In this document: positions 25,094-38,769 of the stretch, piece after piece
How positions within the stretch are numbered: position 1 is the stretch's first letter
How the letters are laid out: each line of letters begins with the position of its first letter
Assembly (NCBI GenBank): GCA_951406725.2
Contig: OX597822.1
Coordinates: 18,414,001-18,478,000 of the forward strand
Direction of reading: 5' to 3'
Source: Octopus vulgaris
Taxonomy: Eukaryota
Length of the DNA: 64,000 bases
The notes under the pieces: generated by a model
What the model was told of the DNA's origin: nothing
What the model saw: only the letters and a program-made list of their open reading frames with translations
The model's database searches: none
Translations under genes and position numbers: made by a program

Positions 25094-25440
25094 TCTCTCT
25101 CTTTTCTTCTTTCAGCCTCCCTCTCTCACTCTCTTCTCCTTTTTCCTCTCTCTCTCTTCTCCTTTTTCCTCTCTCTCTCTTCTCCTTTTTCCTCTCTCTC
25201 TCTTCCTTCCCCCTCTTTTCTCCTTTCAGCTTCCCTCTCTCACTCTCTTCTCCTTTTTCCTCTCTCTCTCTTCTCCTTTTTCCTCTCTCTCTCTTCCTTC
25301 CCCCTCTTTTCTCCTTTCAGCTTCCCTCTCTCACTCTCTTCTCCTTTTTCCTCTCTCTCTCTCTTCCTTCTCTCTCTTTTCTCCTTTCAGTCTCTCTCTC
25401 TCTCTCACTCTCTTCTCCCCTCTCTCTCTTTCTCTCTCTC
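24950..25440 (+). repeat. ~0.5-kb polypyrimidine (CT-rich) minisatellite
   Basis: Nearly pure C/T with the recurring higher-order unit ...CTCCTTTCAGCTTCCCTCTCTCACTCTCTTCTCCTTTTTCC. Confidence 0.9.
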
Positions 25441-27362
25441 TATGTCAGTTCTTTGACTTGAGTGTCATATATGATTCTTTAATGTGTTACAAAATTGTTC
25501 AAGGTCAGAAAATTCTTGGCATTAAATGTCAGACTCATTAGAGCATGGAGCAAAATGCCATGTGGTAGATGTTCCAATTCACTGCAACTCGAGTTCAAAT
25601 TCACTGAGGTCAACTTTGTCTTCCTGCCCTTCGGGGTCAATAAAATAAAGTACCATTTCATGGCATGGATTCATGGAATTGTTAGAACTTTGAATCAGAT
25701 TCCTGGCAATATTTCATATGGCTCTTTGCATTCTGAGTTCTAGCATTGTCAGCTTAACTGTTTTTTTACTCCATTTCTCTTGAAATAAACTGCCTTTCTT
25801 TCATTCAGTTTTGAAATTAATGAAGAATTTACTTAAAAAACTTTGGTGTTTCACTGGTTTTTGGAACATAAATGAAGATGCAAATTTAATGAAAGGTTAT
25901 AATTTGGTCAACAGGAAGTTTTTATTATAGAACTAGGGGTGATGTGAGGCAGGGTTGATATCAAAAGGATATCGCCCATGCTGTTTAACATCATCACCTA
26001 ATTCTTTGGTAGCTTTAGAGGCAATCATTCAGACCAGATCTCAGATATGAGGATCACTCTCCCCTTCTATTCACCATTCTTTGAGGCCCTCGGAAGGGCA
26101 CAGCCATTTTTATCTTCTTCACTTAATGACAGGGGAAAAGCAAAATTGCTGATATTTTTTTTTATGTTTGCACACATGAATAAAGTATTAGAAAATAAAC
26201 TTCAATGAAAATTTGTAAATTGAACATTAAAGTTAAGCATAGAAGTGATGGCCATAGAACCATGATGGTGGTGGTGGTGGCTCTAGTGGTAGTAGTGATG
26301 ATACTGCTGTTGCTGCTGCTGATGATGATGATGATGACAATTACCTCTTTTTTTTTGTCTCAGCATGTTTACTCTCATACGTTTGTTTGAATTCATTCTA
26401 TTTAATGGTTATACAATGTTTGAAATTTTTTTGTGTGTGTTGTTTTTAAAAAAAAAGCATATTTCTATTGTGTCATCTCATTTCTCTTTTAGTGTAAACA
26501 AAATTCAATCATTGTCAATCCTTAAACAAGTTGGAAAGTATTCTACTCCAAGACACAAAACATAGTACGATAGATTGATGTCAGCGATTCAAGCAAATAA
26601 AACACTCACAGCTTATTGCAATTGCATTGAATTCTTGATGTTTATATTGTCAAACACTCATCCAGACACACAGCCATGCCTCTTCCAGATAGAAATGGAC
26701 TGAGTCATAAAGAGCACCAAGTCATAACAGCACCGTATGGCTGACCAAGGTTAAACTATTGGTACATTTTCTTGGCCGGATGCATTTCTCTTTTCTATTT
26801 ACAAACCTTAGCTATTTGCAAACTTCAGAAATAAACTTGAAATGAAATTGGAAAAATGAAAGGAAGTGAAATAAGCACACACAGAATGCATGCATGTGTC
26901 TGTGTATGTTTCTCTGTCACTTTCTCTATACACTCTCACATGCACATAGAAACGATGCAAGAGCCAAGAGAAATGCTGCCAAGCATTTTGTTTGACATGC
27001 TAATGATTCTACAAGCTTACCATTTTAATAACAAGAAGAAGAATAAAGTGTCAGCCACTAGCTACAAATGTGTGGGAACTTGGTAGCATGTGCTATGCTT
27101 TCACTCATTGTTATAAGTGCCCATGTTGTCATGAACAGACATAGGCACTATCTTGACACTTCCACCTTTTGACCCAGTCATGAAGCCAAGATGTGATGGC
27201 TACAGGAAGAGAGAGCTGCACCAGTACTCAGCTGATGCTCATTTTCAACCAAGCAACCCAATGTGCTGCTCAGTTATGATCATGAGCTGACCGCCCTAAC
27301 TGCTAGGCCACATGCATCATCATCATCGTCATCATGAAGAAATAAAAGATGATTATTATTAT

Positions 27363-27560
27363 TGAGTGAGAAAGCAGCACACACCCTCAAAGTGACACTG
27401 GATAGAAGTATACAAGGCCCAGTATACCCATCATGACTCCCTGTCTGACAAAGATATATCAGGCACATGCATCACAACCATGTGTGCATGACATGATGAC
27501 CTCATATCAAGATAAACAGTGCATGACTTTGCAGGTAGGGCCCAGTTAGAATTTTCTTCA
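27363..27560 (-). mobile_element. Family A repeat, 3' partial copy
   Basis: Matches 2401-2600. Preceded by (TTA)n. Confidence 0.8.
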
Positions 27561-27599
27561 AGACAATGATGATGATGACAAATAGCCCATTCTGCTTAA

Positions 27600-28170
27600 A
27601 CTGACAATGACAGGTAACTTCCTTGTCAACAGCGACACTGAGAGGATCTATGTGAAATGGATCAGTCCAGATGGCTTTTGAGTGCTCCAGCATGTCACCT
27701 AGACAGCACTTTCAAAACAATAAAGAGAGAAATGAGTACATCACTTTTATACTCAACATTGAAAGCAATAACATCTTGAGATTAGATGAAAAACTCCTGC
27801 ACAAGTACTCTGAGTTTATCACTGATTGGGAGAAAAATACTCATCACACAAGTAGAAAGGTGTGCATTGGAACATATCCATCAAGTTTGAGAATACCAGC
27901 AACATTGACAGGAATTGTAGCTTCTCTTGGACATCACATCTCACATAGACACTATGCCTTTCTTTTGCAAGATTAAGGGATTGCTGCTAAATCCCTGATC
28001 AATAAAAGAGATAAGGATTTCTCTAAACCTCTGTGCTGTGATAGAAACTGTAGGTTGTACCATTTTAGTGAGGAAGATGTCACTCATCCCCAGTCACTGT
28101 TCAACAATGTCTACAAGATGATATGAGGCCTGATGTTGCTTCTAGGACAGTTGAGAATGGTCATCAGGAC
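27600..28170 (+). mobile_element. Old R4/Dong-like RLE retrotransposon remnant (zinc-knuckle region)
   Basis: YAFLLQD*GIAAKSLINKRDKD..CDRNCRLYHFSEEDVTH resembles the AAQDQ...CRIC..ETINH region of the 17740-20392 element. Confidence 0.6.
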
Positions 28171-30499
28171 AGGAAGGAATTATCTTGATGACCATACAAA
28201 AGGCACAGCGGAACCAGAAAATATCCACATAAAAAAAAATAAAGAATACTGATGTAATACTCCAATAAAAACCGTAATCTATTGTAAGCACAATCGGTCA
28301 GATATAGTTGTATGGAACAGGTAGATACATCAACACCAGCACTCAGCCTGCTTCTTATTGTGTCATTCTCATCTAATAGATAATGCAATGCTCCAGCATG
28401 GTCACAGTTCAAAGACTGAAACTAATGAAATAACATATTGCCAGTCTTATCTGCAGTATTGGAATTGCTGGTTTCAATTAGAGATGCGTCTGTCTTTCTC
28501 TCTTCTTTCCTTCCTCATTTATTCACCATCAGCATCCAACCCTTTTCAATCCAATTTCTCTTACTAACGGCTATTATTAATAATGCATGGCAAATATTAC
28601 TAATTAAGAAGATTATCCTTCCCCTCGGCTGGCCTTACCACCTAATTTGTTCAGTTCTGATTTACTGATTTATCTCCAAATGAAGTCAGGAGTCAAGTGA
28701 GGAACAGGGGGGAATCCCAACATAAGCATAGTATTATAGGGGGTACAGTTGAGCTGGAGCTAAGCCAATGCTAAGCTAAAATTATTATCGGAAATTGTTT
28801 TTGAATGATATTAATTTCATTTGGTTATCCTCATCCCTAACCAATAATGAAGAGCTAATTAATGATTTGTCGTAGCCAGTTCGTCTAGCAACACATAGGA
28901 AATTTAGTCAAATATATATAATGGTTGGTGAGGAAATAAGGGAAGAAAACTACAACAAACACAAACAACTAAAGAACCTATTTCAAATGGGAACAAAATT
29001 ATCAACACTCTTTTGTTGTTGCTGTTGTATTGTTTTATTTCAGCCAAAGACTATCTAATCAAAAATGGAGTTTGGCTTATAGAATGGTTGGGGGTGGCAA
29101 AACAAATGAAAAAAATCCTCTCTTCCCCATTCCTGCTTCTAAATCTTCTGGTTTTTTCTCATCTTTTTTACTTTCTTGTATTACTATTTATCTGGATCAA
29201 ACTGATTTTTTTGCTTTCAATCTATTTGATTATTTCATATCCAATCACCCATATATTAACTGTACATTAATCCATAATTTTATACATGTGTGTGTGAATG
29301 TATTTGCATGTATATGCATAAACACACACACACACTGGCACATTTAAGGACTGCATAGCTGTATGGTTAAGAAATCTGCTTCTTAATTAGTGGTTTTCAG
29401 TTCAATTCCATCCACTACATCTTGAATAAGTGTCTTTGACTCTAACCCCAGGCTGACAAATTTGTCATGAGGAATTTGATTGATGGAAATTGTGCAGAAG
29501 CCTCTTCAGTGTGCACACACACAAATGGTTGTTTTGCATATTTAAAGACTCATGCAACCACATGGTTTCAGATTCAGTCCCATGGCACTGGTAGCTTAGG
29601 CAAGTCTCTTATACTATAGTATAAGAGACTGAGTTGATTAATAATTTGTGAGTGAATTTCATGGACAGAAAATGTGTAAATGCTGGGGTCAGTTTGTTTG
29701 ACTGAGCCCTTCAAGATGGTGCTCCAGCATGACCTCAGTTTAATAACTGAAATAAAAGATAATGTAATTGTATTTCTCTCACATAAATGGCCTGAGCCCT
29801 TCTTGAGCTGGGGAATTAGCCAAAAGCAGCAAATTCAGTTTTTAACAACTCAGAAACATTAACGAAGACTTTGGCAAAGGCATTCATCATTTCAACTTTG
29901 TCGATTAAATCTAAAGTGGTTAAGAATAAGTGTTTAAGAATAAAAGACACTTAAAGCAGCTTAAAATAGAAGTTAAATGGATGAGGACAGGCATGAATAG
30001 AATAAAAAAAAAACCTCATGAATTAATTTTTCGTTAAAGTTTGGCTGGTAGCCAACACCTCTCCATGTTTTTATGTTTGAAGTAAGTTCTTTCATATAAT
30101 CAAAAACGGTTTTGACTTTAAATATACCATATTTGCTGGTGTATGACATGCTTTCTGTTTTATGCATTAAAAAATTGAAACTGTAGGCTAGGGGGCCCAG
30201 GTAAGTCTGCTCACTACAATAATTGTTACTCAGAATAAAATATTGTAAACAAGCCAAAATATCACAGCCTGTTAAGCACAAACTTTTGAAAAATTGCTTA
30301 TAGTATGTCAGCAATTATGCGTGGAGATCACATCATCTCATTGTACCCTTTTTTCCAGCATAAATAACCCATAACTGATATGTTTTACATTAATTTAATG
30401 ATTGTGCTACCTTTAAGAAACACTTTTTTTAATTATCACAATGAAAATTCTCCTAGAAAGATGAAAGGTATGTTAACAAAACTTTCATCTGTCTCTCAG

Positions 30500-30544
30500 G
30501 TAGACAACAAAACGATGGTGGTTATGTTGTTCACCAGAATCACA
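30500..30544 (+). CDS. Candidate 45-nt internal exon of an unidentified host gene
   Basis: Acceptor ACTTTCATCTGTCTCTCAG with TGTTAAC upstream, donor ACA|GTAAGT, length divisible by 3, two open frames, non-repetitive context. Confidence 0.35.
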
Positions 30545-30739
30545 GTAAGTAGTTTCATCTCTTTGTTGGGAAGTGTTTTCTCAGGCCCAATTCTGCCTGA
30601 TTCAAGTTTTATCTGTTTCACTTTTGATATAGTTTAACGAAATTTTTACCTGCATAGTCACACATTTATAGCCTATCTTTGCAAACATTTGCCTTGTGCC
30701 TCTTTAAAATGCCAATGTTTAGCAAGTTTTTTTTTATGT

Positions 30740-30890
30740 ATGAGGGTCAGCTGAAAGGTTCATAGGCTGACCAAGATATTCTCATAGAATGTGACCAAAT
30801 GAGGTTTATTTTTCAACATAGTCTCTCATGCAATCCACATACATTTCTTCCATTAGTGTTACAGTGCTAGGATCCCATTGGTGAATAAAC
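30740..30890 (-). mobile_element. Mariner 3' end remnant with TIR
   Basis: Minus strand FTNGILAL*H*WKKC...DYVEK*. Terminus TATGAGGGTCAGCTGAAAGGTTC resembles mariner TIRs. Confidence 0.7.
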
Positions 30891-32409
30891 TTCTATCCTG
30901 CTTGGAAGTTGGTTAGATTGATCCCACTATACAGCTGGTACTTATTTTATGGACCCCAAAAGGATGAAAGGCAAAGCCAACCTCAGTAGAATTTGAGCTC
31001 AGAACATAAAGATAGATGAAATGCCAATAAGCATTTTGGTTGGCATGGTAACGATTCTGCCATCTTGCTGCCTTTTGGTGTGTAATAATGAACTGGTGTT
31101 GTTGTTATTAAACCATTCCACAGATCAGCCCTAATCACGTTCAGTTGGCCACAAAGGACTGTAATCACATAGCTGCAAAGTAGATTTCTTATCCATGTTG
31201 TCATTCTTGCTGCAAACAGTAAGCATAATAAATAAAGCATAACTAACTAAATAAATAAATAAATAAAGCATAAAAGATCAAAGAAAACACAGCAATGATG
31301 CCAAATAACCATCCACCAAAATTGGTTGAACACACTGTATGGGGTCCTTCTTATTTGCAGACTCAATATGGAAACAGGTTAAAAGAATGGGCTGTGTGTG
31401 TGTGTGTGCACATGCATGTGATCACATGTATAGATTAATTGATTGAAAAATAGATATAAAGATACATTTATGTGTGTAGATGTACATGTGTGTGTGTGTC
31501 TTAAATCAGGGACTTTTTAAATAATCCTTCTATTAAATGTGTGTGAGTGTGTGTGTCGTCATCCTCGTTATCATCATCATTTAAGGTTTGCTTTCCATGC
31601 TGGTATGGGTTGGATGCTTCGACAGGTAACTGGCAAGCTGCATGGCAGCATAAAGTTCCAATCATCGTTGGTATGATTTCAATGGCTGGATGCCCTTTCT
31701 AATGCCCAAGACACTTTACAGTGTGTACTGGGCGTGTTTTTTTTTTTATGCCAGCAGCACTAACAGGGTTGCCATGTAACTTGCAAGGCAAAGAAAGAAC
31801 AGGGCCAAATCTCCCACTACTAAGAAGTATTTACGAAGGGAAGATGAAGCAGGATGACTGTGTACCAGATGTCGGAAGGCTAAAGTGTGGCAGAGGGACA
31901 AGGGTCTTGCCCTTGATGTGATATATGGCTGAAGGAAATAAGAGGAAGGCAGTGATGGGATGCTAGAACAAACTCTCAAAGAATGAGAGAGGAGATGGAA
32001 GGTTGATCATAGGAGGGGATGGAGAGAGTGGATGCTTTCATAAAAGTGTGAGGACAGAGACAGAGGTTAGTGTATAAGCGATGAACAAGGCTGGTGGTTC
32101 AGATGGTGGGAAATACCAGTCTGTAGAAGAGTAAGGCAGGTGATATAGAAATGGCACAGGAAAAAGAGTAGAAGCCAAAATAGTAGAATGACGTGCAAGG
32201 TACAGGAGCAGTGGAGAGGGAGATATTGGGATACATAATGGAATATAATAGGTAGGATATGGCTAGGTGTTAAGAATGATAGTAGATAACAGAGATATTT
32301 ATACAGCAAAATGTCAATCATTAGGTCCTTTGATATCTCCTTTGTAACGCTCAGCATCTGGAGATCAGCCTTCAGTACTTCCTCCCCTGTCTTCCTGAGT
32401 CTACATCTC

Positions 32410-32885
32410 AAATGAGTTCAATCCATACACTTTTTTTTTATATAATTTTCCTCATCCATACACATCAAGTGACCAAATCAGTGCAGTTTTCTCTGATTCC
32501 TCTCATGCCTAACTTTTCTCTCAATACATTTCTACTCTGTCATACACACACATTGCACATCCAGCGGAGCATACTATCTTCTATCTTTTCTAATCTTTGC
32601 ATGTCCCCTACATTCAGGGCCCACATCTCACTACCATGTAACATCACTCTGTAACATCACAAACATCATACAATCTGCCTTTCATTCTGAGAGAGAGGGG
32701 GAGTGAGAGGGGAGGAGGAGGGAGAGGGGGAGTGAGAGAGGGGGAGAGAAAGAGAGACATTCTGTTGTCAACAGAGGTAAAAACTCTCTGTAGTTTATCC
32801 AGCCAGTTTTCTTTCTAACAATTATACTTTCAGAATATTGTCCTTGACTGCTAATTAGGTTGCCTGAGTAACAGAACCTATCTAT
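32410..32885 (-). mobile_element. RTE-clade LINE fragment
   Basis: Homologous to 10970-11400 (HGSEMWAL..LRWMCNV..LREKLGMRGI). Confidence 0.7.
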
Positions 32886-33299
32886 TAGTGTGTGTGTGTG
32901 TTAGTAAAAACTGATCACTTATATTTATTTGTATGTGTATGTGTGGGCATATCTAGTAGTAAGTGTTTGTGTCTGTTTTATGGCTCAGTGTTTTAAGGTC
33001 CAGTGGCCATAGAAATATGTTTAGCAATAGGGATATGGGTGTGTAGGTAGTTGTGAATGGAGAAACCAGTTGAAGGTTAAATTATTTAGGAATAAGAGTT
33101 AAATATTAGGGGATTTATTAGGTTATGGTTTAAAAATAAAGTAAAGAATTAACATTTATCTTATAAAGTGATTAGGTAAGTTTAATAGAAGAGATATAGA
33201 GGGGTATGTGTTAATGATCATGGAGGTTTGTATGTGGGTGTTATTCTCGGTGGATGAACTCACATTTAGATTTATGAATGAATTTAAAAATGCAGAAGA

Positions 33300-33720
33300 A
33301 TTTGTGTTTACACATTGTGAAGGCTTCCATGTGTTTATTAAGCAATTGTGGTAAGTTATGGGTTAAAATTTTGAGGGCTTCTTTTAAGCAGAGTCCACCA
33401 ATGGAGTGCTGGCCCTGATATGGGATACCAGAGTCTGTTATAGCCCAGGAAAGTTTATACTGTATTTTTTTATTAATTGGATGGTGTATGTGGCTGGCTA
33501 GTGATGTGGAGTTGCTATTCTCCTTATATTTAAATGAGTTTGAATGTGCATAATATCTTTGTTTGGAGATTGTGGTAGATCCACTGTAGTAACTATAGGA
33601 GTTATTTACTTTGTTATAAATGGTGCATTGGTATACGGTGGGGAATCTTCTGCAGTGGGCAGTCTGTTCCAGATCTGCTGTTGCAACTATCAGTTCTGCG
33701 ATGGTTAATTGGAGAGAGAG
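33300..33720 (-). mobile_element. Degraded Penelope-like GIY-YIG endonuclease remnant
   Basis: SCNSRSGTDCPLQ...YYSGSTTISKQRYYAHSNSFKYKENSNSTSLASHI..YKLSWAI..LCLKEALKIL. Same architecture as 41871-42371. Confidence 0.7.
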
Positions 33721-34300
33721 ATGAGGTAGTGCTGGTAATGGCTAGGGTAGTAGTATTAGGTGAATAGTTCATGATGTTGCTGTTATTATCGCCATCATTT
33801 CTAGTATATTTAACAATGATAGACAGACAGACAGGCAGGTAGGCAGGTAGGCAGTCATATGTGCATATATCTATGTATGTACACATACATGCATAGGCAG
33901 GCATGCAGGCAGGTGGTCTGACTGGCTTACAGCTCACTTTTCAGCTCAAAATATTGTTAAATATGATAGAAGTTGAAAGCCAGCATTTACGTGCATATTT
34001 TATTTGGAAAATTGCTCTTGTATATGAAATTATTTCCAGTATTTTGCATTTCCTTTTGTTGAACCTTTTATTTGTTTTACAACAAAACCATTGATAAAAT
34101 CAGAGAAGCAATGACAGTGACATGTGTCTTTGTTGTAATGTGCACAGTTCCAGTTGTTTATTGTCAGATATACATAAAAAAAAAGTGTATATGTTACCTG
34201 TATGTGATGTTGATACATGTACACTTATGTATATCATCAGATGGTGTGGTGGGTTATCTGCATTATTACATTATATATTTATGTGAGAGTGATATATGCA

Positions 34301-34334
<34 letters not shown>

Positions 34335-34336
34335 AC

Positions 34337-34665
34337 CATGCGTTATAGTTTAGTGGTTAGGTTATTTGGTTTACAGTCATTAAGTTGTGAGTTCGAACTG
34401 CAGCTGTGCATTGTACCATTGTACCCTTGGGCAAGACGCTTTATTTCACGTTGCCCCAGTCCACTCATCAGGCAAAAATAAGTTGTTCCTGTAGTTTAAA
34501 GGGCCCAGCCATGTCACATTCTGTGCCATGCTAAATCTCCTTGAGAACTATGTTAAGGGTCCATGTGTCTGTGGAATACTCAGCCACTTGCATATTAATT
34601 TCACAAGCAAGTTGTTCTGTTGATTGAATCAACTGGAACCCCTGTCATTGTGACCAAAGGAGTGG
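34337..34665 (+). mobile_element. tRNA-derived SINE (family B)
   Basis: Colinear with 5405-5725; GTTCGAAC B-box. Confidence 0.8.
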
Positions 34666-34679
34666 CAGTAGTAGTAGTT

Positions 34680-34717
<38 letters not shown>

Positions 34718-34779
34718 GGTGGTAGTAGTAGTAGTAGTAGAAGGAGAAGAAGAAGTAGTAGTACTAGTAGTAGTAGTAC

Positions 34780-34823
<44 letters not shown>

Positions 34824-34856
34824 ATAATAGTAGTGGTAGTGGTGGTTTTGGTGGTA

Positions 34857-34903
<47 letters not shown>

Positions 34904-34962
34904 GGTGGTGGTAGTAGTAGAAGAAGAAGAAGAAGAAGTAGTAGTAGTAGTAGTAGTAGTAG
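34666..34962. repeat. Compound (TAG)n/(TGG)n/(GAA)n microsatellite at the SINE tail
   Basis: Seen directly; source of the poly-T, poly-V and poly-L ORFs. Confidence 0.95.
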
Positions 34963-36805
34963 TTCTGAGCCGTGATAGTGGGAGGGAGTCATTGGTGAAT
35001 GCCATTTTATGGGAAGGAATCATTTCGTTTGTGGGAGTTTAAGAAGGAAGCATTATTCCTCCATGACCATAGGTAGATGCACATTTCTTCTCCCTGCTTC
35101 TGATGGAATCCAGTGCCTTCCTTCTTCATCTGCACATGGGCCCCAGAGACTTGGTATCTTAAGACTCGTGGTTTTAACATATTTTGCTAGATTATTAGGG
35201 TTTTTGAAAGAAAAAAGAATGTGAGAGGAAGATTTAGAAACTTATTTCCACTACAAGCCATTTTGGTTCATAACTGGGGAAAATATGAAGATTGAGATAT
35301 GAAATGTTACGGTCATTTAATGGTGAAGGAGCTGTGGTTGTATGAGTGAAGAAGATGAGGGTGATTTTGAAACTGAAGAGGATTCTGAATGTGGCAAGTT
35401 TTATGTTGTTTTATTTAAAACAACCAGTATTGGCTCTGCACTGAGAGAGAAACAAAGAAGCTCAGCACGCTGCAGAGAAAATAGATGCCAGATATTTGTA
35501 GCCCATGGAAAGTCGGAAGGAAGAAAATGAACTCAGGAACAAGCAGATGTGACAAAAAAAATAATTGGTGGGACTTGCTGGATAGAGATGATAGGTTCGA
35601 AGGGATAGTAAACCTAGCAGTTATGACTGGTTTATATATTCATAGAGCTGCAGCTATTGGAAAGTTTGGTGACCAAGACTTGAGTGTTAGCAGCAACAAG
35701 ACCCCAAGCCGTAATTACACAGGGACAAAGTTCTATGAAATGGTAAACTTGAGCATTGCAGATTCAGTAGAGGGAAGAGGGTGGGTGTGAACATTTAAGG
35801 GACAGCCTCCAGATGTTATGGGCCACAAGGAACTCAGGTGAGAGTTGATCCACTATCAAGGTGAGCAGGCTGGTCATATAGTAAGCCATTACATTCAAAG
35901 AAATGAAGGAGGTGGGGGACCTACTGTGCTGTAGAAATTCTAATAAAGAGGAGTGAACACACAGGTTGGTACAGGCTTTGATAACTTTTCCGATCACTTT
36001 AAGGCTAAATTCCTCACCTGTAGAGAGTTTTACAAAAATGGAAATAATTATAGAGTGGGTCCATGGAAATTATTAATCCCTTTCAGTTTTATAAAAGCTT
36101 TTTGATGAGGGATAGAGGTCTGCTATTGCATGAAATGATCTTGAGATCAGTGGGTGTGCCTGATGTTGTGAGGTGAAATAGGTGATGAAAGTGGAGGTGG
36201 TGAGTTGAGATAATGGCTGAAAATAATGTTGAAAGGAAACAATAGGAAGAGTGTCTTTTTATCAACAAGAGTCAGTTCCCACATGGGAGTCTGTAAGCCA
36301 AGAGCAAAGTGCAATTTATTCCCTGCTGCATGTAGACACATCTATTCCACTTATTCACAATGTAGTGTTTGCCTTCTTCCTCTGCATGAGCACCCCTTGT
36401 TCCCCTATTTCCTCTATCATATTTCTCACTAGATGTCAGCTATTTATGTTGGCTTTTATATGCAAAGAAAAATAATTTGTCTTCTCACTGTGAAGTATTT
36501 ATAGACTAGTTTTACTACTTTATAGACCAGCGGTTCCTTGTTTTAATATCAGCATGATGAAATTATAAATTACTGTTAAAAGAGAAAGTAATAGCCATTC
36601 ATCCATGTGTGTGTGTGTTTATATGTGTGTATATATATTTACATATACAAACACACATACACATATATGTAATTATGTATTTATGTATATTATGTATTTA
36701 TGTATATTATATATTTATGTATACATATTTACATACACACACACATATAAATATATACATGCATATTTTTATGTATATTTATATATTCGTGTGTATGTAT
36801 GTATG

Positions 36806-36848
<43 letters not shown>

Positions 36849-36888
36849 ATGCATATATTTCTTTATAATCTATAACATACACACACAC

Positions 36889-36919
<31 letters not shown>

Positions 36920-38424
36920 ATGTATAATACTTGTATATGTACAGATACTCATATATAAATATATGTGTATACATGCAAATATGAATTCAAAATGTATGTA
37001 AAATATGTGCTACATCTGATGTATAGAATGAAAGAATCTCTTATCAAGGGCCATATTTTTATGAATTGAGTGCAAAATTTTAAGAAACTTGTTACAAGAT
37101 GGTGCAAGAATTGCTTCATGCTAATTTAAAGTTATTCAGTGATGATTAACCCACATAAACAGTCTTAATATAAATAAATATGAAAATAGATAAACATAGA
37201 AATGTATTGTGCATTCTCCTCAACCAGGAAGCTAAGGATTCTGTTGCTATATAAATTTAGTGGAATTTTCTAGAACAACTTGCTTTTTGTTTATTTTTAC
37301 ATCTATTACAGTATTTGCAAGGTTCGCAAATATAATATGAAATATCTGATTTTTAAATTCACACAAACAAATATTTAAATCCATGAAAAATTTCATTTTT
37401 ATTTTCTTTTTAATAGCTGTGAAGAATATGAAAATAGGATGGGGGGGGGGGGACTTTAAAAGTAGATATACTGAATTTGTTGGGCTGAATGCTTCTTATT
37501 TTGATAATAAATGTAAAAATTTGGAAAATTGCTGCTTGTTTAATACGTAAAAGTTTTGTTGAATAGAATCAGATTTGTGGTAAAATATTTAAAATGGTTT
37601 CCTTTTAATTTTTATTTGTTTGTTGTATTTATTTCTTGCATATCGTAGTTTCAGGATCTTCAGAAAGGCATAATTATTATGAAAGAGTCAATATAGGTGA
37701 TTAGCAGTTAAAGCCATGGTTTTTCTTTCTGAAGAGAGAGCAGTAAAAAAATACTTTAGTGGTGATGTTGGTGATGGTGAAGGCGGTGGTGGTTGAAGGC
37801 AGTGGTGGTAGTGGTAATGGCAACAGTGGTGGTGGTGGTGGTGGTGGTGGTTATGATTCCTGGGGGTAGAGATAGGTTGAAGCTGACTAAATTGATCCCA
37901 GTACATGACTGGTATTTATATAATTGTTCCTAACATAAGCACAAAGCCTGAAATTTGGGGAAGGCAGATTGGTTGGTCTCATCAACCCCTCTTCTTGACT
38001 AACACTCTATTTTATTGAACCCCAAATGGTGAAAAACGAGGTTGACTTTGTTAGAATTTCAACTGAGAACATAAAGAACTGGAACGAATGTTGCAAGGTA
38101 TTTTTTTTTTGTTCTGTGATTCTACCAAACCAGCATCTGTAATTACTTCTAACATAGGCACATAATCAGTATCATCATCATCAGCATTGTAACATTCACT
38201 TTTCCATGCTTTCATGCATTGCATGGAATTGATTGATGTACATTTTGTATAGCAGGATGCCTTTCCCTGTCTAAGCAAAGTAATATTCCTCCCCATGCCC
38301 AGACGTAGTTTCTCAGAAGATTGGAACTGAATGACACTGCTTGCGTGACAGTGACACTCATTTACAACAATCATGTGATGTCAAGACAAGGAGACACAAA
38401 GCACACACACACACACACACACAC

Positions 38425-38457
<33 letters not shown>

Positions 38458-38497
38458 TACATACATACATACATATATATGTATGTATATATATATG

Positions 38498-38700
38498 TGA
38501 CATTCCAGTCTCATGCCATTTCCGCTCCACCGGTCACTCCTTGCAACACCTGTCTTGTTCGGATTGTCCTTGCACAGAGGCCATCCGGATTCCCGCTTGC
38601 GCCGTGAACAGGGATTAATCTTCCCTCTTCGCTCTTTTACGCCATTTGGGCTCAACTCCCCCCCTTCTCATCTAACCTCCTCCCCGACTCCTACTTCTCT
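38498..38700 (+). mobile_element. Penelope-like (Neptune-type) GIY-YIG C-terminal fragment
   Basis: VSCHFRSTGHSLQHL / FGLSLHRGHPDSRLRREQGLIFPLRSFTPFGLN, matching the HF..H...R.RE..I..L....P.GLN pattern. Confidence 0.75.
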
Positions 38701-38769
38701 TCAGTCCTTCACCTTTTCGCCCCTACTCTCTTTCCCTCATCTTCCCTTCTTTCCCTTCTTCCCTCGCCT

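Noticed and set aside
24847-25541. 204-aa and 209-aa Ser/Leu/Phe-rich ORFs
   Set aside because: Translations of the CT minisatellite, which lacks stop codons by composition.
34601-35042. Mucin-like poly-Thr and poly-Val ORFs
   Set aside because: Trinucleotide microsatellite at a SINE tail.
35000-36480. Possible LINE endonuclease (LKIISCNSRPL, minus strand) and Cys-rich piggyBac-like tail (+)
   Set aside because: Only single short motif resemblances; cannot be supported without a profile search.
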